A DNA stretch of 63,994 nt, the filler included, from Candidatus Zhuqueibacterota bacterium (GTDB lineage: Bacteria; BS750m-G25): NCBI GenBank assembly GCA_016783505.1. It is 3 parts of 3 records of this genome, joined end to end, with 100 filler letters (N's around TTAATTAATTAA, not from the genome) between each part and the next. Parts side by side here need not be neighbours in the genome. Positions count along the whole stretch, not along the records: positions 46,843 to 63,994 come from JADHWK010000047.1; 2 more parts are not named here. One strand, 5' to 3'. Positions 58,710 through 63,994 of the stretch are shown here, piece after piece. Positions within the stretch are counted from its first letter, which is position 1, and each line of letters opens with the position of its first letter. The notes beneath the pieces were generated by a model. That model did no database searches. It worked only from the letters and a program-made list of their open reading frames with translations, and had not been told where the DNA came from. A program made the translations under genes and the position numbers.

Positions 58710-61700
58710 ATGGTTGAAAAGGCATATCGTTTACACGTGATGGTTTGCGCAGGCACTGACTGCGTTACTAATCGGTCTTTTGAAGTTCTAGAAGCATTAG
58801 AACGAGAAATTGAAAAACACAATCTTGAGGATGAAGTTTTAGTAGTCACCACCGGATGTAATGGCTTTTGCGCTGAGGGACCAATTCTTATTGTTCGTCC
58901 CGATGGTATTTTCTATCAAAGGGTGAAAAAAGAGGACATATCTTTTTTAGTTGAGGAGCATTTCCTAAAGGGGAGACCGGTTAAAAAATTGATGTACACG
59001 CCACCCGAGGCCGAACCAATTCCTAAGCTCAGTGAAATAAAGTTCTTTGGTAAACAGATTCTTATAGCCATGAGAAATCGAGGTTTAATCGATCCTGACA
59101 ATATAGAAGATTACATTGCTCGAGATGGTTATGCCGCCTTAGCGAAAGCTTTAGCCTCAATGACTCCAGAAGGGATTATTAAGGAAATAAAAGCATCGGG
59201 ATTGCGAGGGAGAGGAGGGGCTGGTTTTCCCACAGGGATAAAATGGGAGTTAGCAAGAAAAGCAGATGGTGAAACAAAATATATAATTTGTAACGCTGAT
59301 GAAGGTGATCCAGGAGCTTTTATGGATAGAAGTATAATGGAATCTGATCCTCATGCTGTAATTGAAGGAATGATTATTGGAGCCAATGCAATTGGTGCTC
59401 AAGAAGGTTTTATTTATGTCAGAAACGAATACCCAATGGCAAGAGAAAAATTAGCGAGAGCGATTGAGCAAGCAAGGGAGTATGGCCTCTTAGGAGAAAA
59501 TATTTTAGACTTAGGCTTTAACTTTGATGTTCATCTTCATCGGGGAGCAGGAGCCTTCGTTTGCGGAGAAGAAACAGCCTTGATCAATTCAATAGAGGGA
59601 AAGCCGGGAGAACCTCAAACAAGGCCTCCGTATCCAGTAGAAAGTGGGCTGTGGAAAAGACCAACTGTAATCAATAATGTTGAAACGTGGGCTAATGTTG
59701 CTGTAATCATCAATCGCGGAGCTAAATGGTATTCAAAAATTGGTACTGTAGGAAGTAAAGGAACGAAAGTGTTCTCCGTGGTAGGGAAAGTAATTGACAC
59801 AGGGCTTGTAGAGGTGCCAATGGGGACCACACTTGGAGAAATCATTTTTGATATTTGTGGTGGAATTCCAGGAGATAGAAAATACAAAGCTGTCCAGATT
59901 GGGGGACCCTCCGGAGGATGTTTATCAGCGAGTCACTTAAATTATCCAGTAGATTATGAAAGTTTAATTGAAGCTGGTTCAATTATGGGATCTGGTGGAA
60001 TGGTGGTAACTGACGAGAATACCTGTATGGTGGATTTAGCGAAATTTTTTCTCACTTTTACCAAAGACGAATCCTGCGGAAAGTGTACACCCTGTCGTGA
60101 AGGTATCCCCAGGATGCTTGAAATCCTTGCTAAAATCACAGAAGGCCGTGGTGAGATGGATGATCTAACAATGCTTGAGGTTTTAGCAACAACCATCAAA
60201 GCAACCGCCCTCTGCGGTCTTGGAAACACTGCTCCAAACCCTGTTCTTTCTACCCTTAGATATTTCAGAAACGAATATGAAAATCACATCAAATACAAAA
60301 AATGTGATGCAGCAGTCTGTAAGCAAATTATATCTTCACCCTGTCATCATACCTGCCCGATTGGAACAGACGTGCCATCGTATATCGCGCTCATTGCTCA
60401 AGGGCATTTCGATGAAGCGTTTGACGTCATCTGGGAAGAAAATCCTTTGCCCAGCATCTGCGGACGTGTCTGCAACCATCCCTGCGAGGTGAGATGTCGC
60501 TCCGGGGATATTGATAAACCCATTGCCATCAGAGACCTAAAACGTTTTGTCTGTGATCACAAAAATGGCCGAATAAGAAGTTTTCCGACACCCACCAAGA
60601 AATACGAGAAGGTGGCCATCATTGGTTCCGGTCCTGCTGGACTTGTCTGCGGATGGGAACTAGCGAAATTGGGTTACAAACCGACCATTTTTGAAGCGCT
60701 TCCAGTCGCTGGCGGTATGCTTGCTGTAGCAATTCCCGAATACAGATTACCCAAAGACATTTTGAATGAGGAAATCGAAGGCATCAAAAAGGCAGGTGTT
60801 GAAATTATTACTAACTTAAAAATCGGTAAAGACAAATCGATTGACGACCTTTTTAATGAGAGCTACAAAGCTGTCTTCATCGCAACGGGTGCTCATAACA
60901 ATCTGAAGCTGAAAATTCCCGGTGAGGATGCTGAAGGTGTTATTGACCCGATTGAGTTTCTCCGAAAGGTTGCCCTTGGTGAGGATGTAAAAATCGGTAA
61001 AAAGGTTGTGGTGATCGGTGGCGGTGATACGGCAATTGATTCTGCCCGGGCCGTTTTACGAATGGGCGCAGATGTCACCATCGTGTATCGCCGTACACGC
61101 ATTGAGATGCCCGCAGCTGCAGAAGAAATTGAAGCGGCGATGGAAGAAGGAATTCAGATGCACTTCCTCGCTACACCGGTTGAGGTAATCTCAAAGAATG
61201 GAAGACTTGCCAAAATCAAATGCGTCAATATGTCCCTTGGTGAATTTGATAAAGGGGGAAGGAGAAGACCAATCCCAGAAAAAGGCACAGAATTTGAAAT
61301 TGAGTGTGATACGTTCATCCCTGCCATTGGACAGAAACCCGACCTTTCATTTGTGAAAAACGGTAAACTTAAAACTTCGAAGTGGAATACGCTTGTAGTT
61401 AATTCTGAAACTCTGGAGACAGATCAACCTAGAATTTTTGCTGGCGGGGATGTTGTCAGTGGTCCTGCTACAGTGATTGAAGCCATGGCTGCCGGGAAAA
61501 AAGCTGCGGTTTCCATCCATAAATACCTGCGTGGAGAAAGTCTCGAGAGAACCTATGAAGTGACAAAACCAACCCGGGAAATCCCGGCGGTAGCGCTTAC
61601 TGAAGATGAATTGGTGACACTGAAACGACCGACAATGCCTTTTCTTTCAATGGACGAACGGAAAAGCAATTTCAAAGAAGTAGAACAGGGATTCACAAAA

Positions 61701-61751
61701 GAAATAGCAATCCAGGAAGCAAAACGCTGCTTGCGATGTGATTTGGAATAA
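58710..61751 (+). CDS. NuoF/HydB-like FMN-NADH subunit fused to a GltD/NfnB-like FAD-NAD(P)H domain
   Basis: GRGGAGFPTG, DEGDPGAFMDR, CGEET, GGPSG, CGKCTPC; then PCHHTCP, CGRVCNHPC, GSGPAG, GGGDTAID, YRRT, EAKRCLRC. Confidence 0.9.
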   Translation: MVEKAYRLHVMVCAGTDCVTNRSFEVLEALEREIEKHNLEDEVLVVTTGCNGFCAEGPILIVRPDGIFYQRVKKEDISFLVEEHFLKGRPVKKLMYTPPEAEPIPKLSEIKFFGKQILIAMRNRGLIDPDNIEDYIARDGYAALAKALASMTPEGIIKEIKASGLRGRGGAGFPTGIKWELARKADGETKYIICNADEGDPGAFMDRSIMESDPHAVIEGMIIGANAIGAQEGFIYVRNEYPMAREKLARAIEQAREYGLLGENILDLGFNFDVHLHRGAGAFVCGEETALINSIEGKPGEPQTRPPYPVESGLWKRPTVINNVETWANVAVIINRGAKWYSKIGTVGSKGTKVFSVVGKVIDTGLVEVPMGTTLGEIIFDICGGIPGDRKYKAVQIGGPSGGCLSASHLNYPVDYESLIEAGSIMGSGGMVVTDENTCMVDLAKFFLTFTKDESCGKCTPCREGIPRMLEILAKITEGRGEMDDLTMLEVLATTIKATALCGLGNTAPNPVLSTLRYFRNEYENHIKYKKCDAAVCKQIISSPCHHTCPIGTDVPSYIALIAQGHFDEAFDVIWEENPLPSICGRVCNHPCEVRCRSGDIDKPIAIRDLKRFVCDHKNGRIRSFPTPTKKYEKVAIIGSGPAGLVCGWELAKLGYKPTIFEALPVAGGMLAVAIPEYRLPKDILNEEIEGIKKAGVEIITNLKIGKDKSIDDLFNESYKAVFIATGAHNNLKLKIPGEDAEGVIDPIEFLRKVALGEDVKIGKKVVVIGGGDTAIDSARAVLRMGADVTIVYRRTRIEMPAAAEEIEAAMEEGIQMHFLATPVEVISKNGRLAKIKCVNMSLGEFDKGGRRRPIPEKGTEFEIECDTFIPAIGQKPDLSFVKNGKLKTSKWNTLVVNSETLETDQPRIFAGGDVVSGPATVIEAMAAGKKAAVSIHKYLRGESLERTYEVTKPTREIPAVALTEDELVTLKRPTMPFLSMDERKSNFKEVEQGFTKEIAIQEAKRCLRCDLE

Positions 61752-61793
61752 AAACGAAATGATATGATTTAATTTGGGAATGGGGAGAAAGAT

Positions 61794-63542
61794 ATGATAC
61801 AATTAGAAATAGACGGTCATATCGTCGAAGTTGAAGAGGGCACCACAATCCTGAAAGCGGCTGAAAAGCTGGATATCAAAATTCCCACTCTATGTTACCA
61901 TCCCCTTTTGGAGCCGTATGCTGCCTGCCGGATTTGCACCGTAGAAGTAATAGCAGAGGGCGTTTCCGAACTGGTCACTTCCTGCAATACCCAGGTTCAG
62001 GAGGGAATGGTCGTTCAGACCCAGTCAGAGAAATCCCTAAACGCCAGGCGGATAAACCTGGAGCTGTTGATGGCTCAGGCTCCGGCAGCCAGGGTCGTTC
62101 AGGAGCTGGCGGCAGAACTCGGGGTTGAAAAAACCAGGTTTACCATCGAAAAACCCGAAGAAAAGTGCATCCTCTGCGGATTATGCGTGCGAACTTGCGA
62201 GCAGGTGGTGGGGGTATCCGCTATCAGTTTTGTCAACCGGGGGCGTGACAGGGAGGTGTCTACCCCCTTTGAGAAGTCCTCGGAGGCTTGTATCGCCTGC
62301 GGGGCCTGCGCCTATTTCTGTCCCACCGAGGCCATTACTATGGAGGATGCGCTGGGCCGAGAGGTGCTCCACGATCAACTCTACTTAGGTCCCACCACTG
62401 CCATCCGTGTTCCTTTCCTCCAGGCAATTCCTAATGTGCCCTGCATTGACACTGAAGCCTGTATTCACTTCAAGACAGAGGAGTGCAAGCTCTGCGAGAA
62501 AGTCTGCGAGCCAGAGGCGATAAATCATGAAGCAACCGATGAATATGAAGAGATCGAGGTGGGGGCCGTTGTGGTGGCCACCGGATACGAACTCTTGGAA
62601 ATGAATGCGCTCCAAAGCTATGGATACGGTAAACTTCCTAATGTATTGACATCCCTGGAGTTTGAGCACCTGTGCCATGCCTCAGGACCTACCGGGGGTA
62701 AGGTACTGCTTCAGGACGGCCGGGAACCGGAAACGGTCGGTATTATTCACTGCGTGGGTTCACGGGATGAGAACTACAAATCCTACTGCTCCCGGGTCTG
62801 CTGTATGTATGCCCTGAAATTCTCCCACCTGGTAAAAGAGAAGACTTCCGCCGGGGTGTATGAGTTTTACATTGACATTCGGGCCCCGGGGAAGGGTTAT
62901 GAGGAATTCTACAACCGCATGCTGGAGGAGGACGTAATCTTCATTCGGGGTAAAGTGGCTGAGGTTAGCGATGTGGCCCTGATACCGGAGGAGGAGGGAA
63001 AACTGGTCCTCCGCTGTGAGGACACCTTGCTGGGAATTGTCCGTCGCATCCCGGTGGATATGGTGATACTCTGCCCGGCCATGGTGCCCCGGAAGGACGC
63101 CGGAGAACTGGCGCGACTGTTCGGCATTAGCTGCGGCGAAGACGATTTCTTCCGGGAGCTTCACCCCAAGTTGGCCCCCATCAATACTGCGGCAGATGGT
63201 ATCTTCGTAGCCGGGGCCTGCCAGGCGCCCAAGGACATCCCGGATTCGGTGGCCCAGGGGGCCGGAGCCGCCGGGGCTGTTCTTTCGCTCGGGGATACTT
63301 TTTCTATGGAACCCATCTATGGTGTAATTGACGAAGATTTGTGCGCCGGGTGTAAGGTCTGCATCGCTGTCTGCCCCTATGAGGCCATCATTTTCAATGA
63401 AGAGAAAAAGATAAGCGAGATCCAGGAAATGCTGTGCAAGGGGTGCGGGGCCTGCGTAGCCGCCTGTCCTTCGGGGGCCAGTTATCAAAAAGGCTTTAGG
63501 GACGAACAGATCATTGCTGAGCTGGAGGGAGCGCTCGTTTAA
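61794..63542 (+). CDS. Fusion of a HydA/NuoG-type N-terminal Fe-S domain and the HdrA C-terminal half
   Basis: PTLC...CRIC...C [2Fe-2S], CILCGLC, CIACGAC; then PFLQAIP, ATGY, HCVGSRD, CSRVCCMY, PKDIPDSV and two C-terminal [4Fe-4S] motifs. Confidence 0.88.
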   Translation: MIQLEIDGHIVEVEEGTTILKAAEKLDIKIPTLCYHPLLEPYAACRICTVEVIAEGVSELVTSCNTQVQEGMVVQTQSEKSLNARRINLELLMAQAPAARVVQELAAELGVEKTRFTIEKPEEKCILCGLCVRTCEQVVGVSAISFVNRGRDREVSTPFEKSSEACIACGACAYFCPTEAITMEDALGREVLHDQLYLGPTTAIRVPFLQAIPNVPCIDTEACIHFKTEECKLCEKVCEPEAINHEATDEYEEIEVGAVVVATGYELLEMNALQSYGYGKLPNVLTSLEFEHLCHASGPTGGKVLLQDGREPETVGIIHCVGSRDENYKSYCSRVCCMYALKFSHLVKEKTSAGVYEFYIDIRAPGKGYEEFYNRMLEEDVIFIRGKVAEVSDVALIPEEEGKLVLRCEDTLLGIVRRIPVDMVILCPAMVPRKDAGELARLFGISCGEDDFFRELHPKLAPINTAADGIFVAGACQAPKDIPDSVAQGAGAAGAVLSLGDTFSMEPIYGVIDEDLCAGCKVCIAVCPYEAIIFNEEKKISEIQEMLCKGCGACVAACPSGASYQKGFRDEQIIAELEGALV

Positions 63543-63777
63543 GAAGCAGAGGAGCAAGGGGGCAGAGGTGCAGAGGGGAGAAGAGATTTAAAACCATTGT
63601 CCATAGCTCCCCAGTAAAAGAGGATTGGCGAAAGTTTGTTCTTAAATCCATTAGTTAGCCGAAATGCTTGCAGAAAAGAGGCGATAATTATGACCAATTT
63701 AGAGAATTTGAGAATAAGATTCTTATCAAACAACAGAATTAGTAGTATACTTTACAACAATACGGAGGCTTAGATTC

Positions 63778-63994
63778 ATGGCCAACAACAATTTCGAACC
63801 AAAACTGGTGGGATTTTTATGCCGCTGGTGTTCTTACCAGGGGGCCGATCTGGCCGGCACCAGCCGTATTGAATATCCCCCCAACCTGGTTCCCATACGG
63901 GTGATGTGCTCCGGTCGGGTGGACCCCGTCTTTGTGCTGAAGGCCTTCTCCCGGGGGGCGGATGGGGTCATCGTCTTCGGCTGTCATCCTGGGG
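63778..63994 (+). CDS. mvhD: MvhD/FlpD [2Fe-2S] subunit (runs off the window)
   Basis: Hand translation [27 protein letters not shown]...[10 protein letters not shown]...[13 protein letters not shown]. Confidence 0.92.
   Translation, partial: MANNNFEPKLVGFLCRWCSYQGADLAGTSRIEYPPNLVPIRVMCSGRVDPVFVLKAFSRGADGVIVFGCHPG

Noticed and set aside
61794-63542. FeFe-hydrogenase catalytic subunit
   Set aside because: No H-cluster motifs; everything after the Fe-S domain is HdrA-like.

Overview
Bacterial draft or metagenome-assembled sequence made of three contigs joined by artificial 100-nt N-linkers (23677-23776 and 46743-46842, each containing TTAATTAATTAA). The organism is a diderm anaerobe; an FCB-group affinity is inferred only from promoter style (TTGxxx-17-TATATT) and gene content. 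Contig 1 holds a toxin-antitoxin and gene-relic patch (1-5.2 kb), a nucleotide-sugar cluster (ugd, an intein-containing UDP-glucuronate decarboxylase, two divergent wecB paralogs, a WbpB-WbpD-like fusion), tRNA-Met, then tilS-ftsH-PEGA-folE-folP-accD-surE. Contig 2 holds tRNA-Arg and rimP-nusA-infB-DUF503-rbfA-nrnA-truB-ribF-rpsO-pnp-M16-ald, interrupted by a decayed PIN TA pair and an attC-bearing cassette cluster without an integrase, then tRNA-Leu, fadD, DUF4416 and partial purM. Contig 3 holds hypFCDE, rex and hdrC-hdrB, followed by an hdrA split in two. Between the hdrA halves lie a DRTGG/CBS-kinase/PHP signalling cassette, nuoE, a 2Fe-2S ferredoxin and a NuoF-GltD fusion; the second half is fused to a HydA/NuoG-type N-terminal Fe-S domain and is followed by mvhD. 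This Hdr-Hyd chimera is the best candidate for an undescribed system. Many intergenic gaps also carry nested palindromes, MITE-like elements or inverted arrays of 7-10-nt tandem repeats, two of which adjoin four-helix-bundle gene relics.
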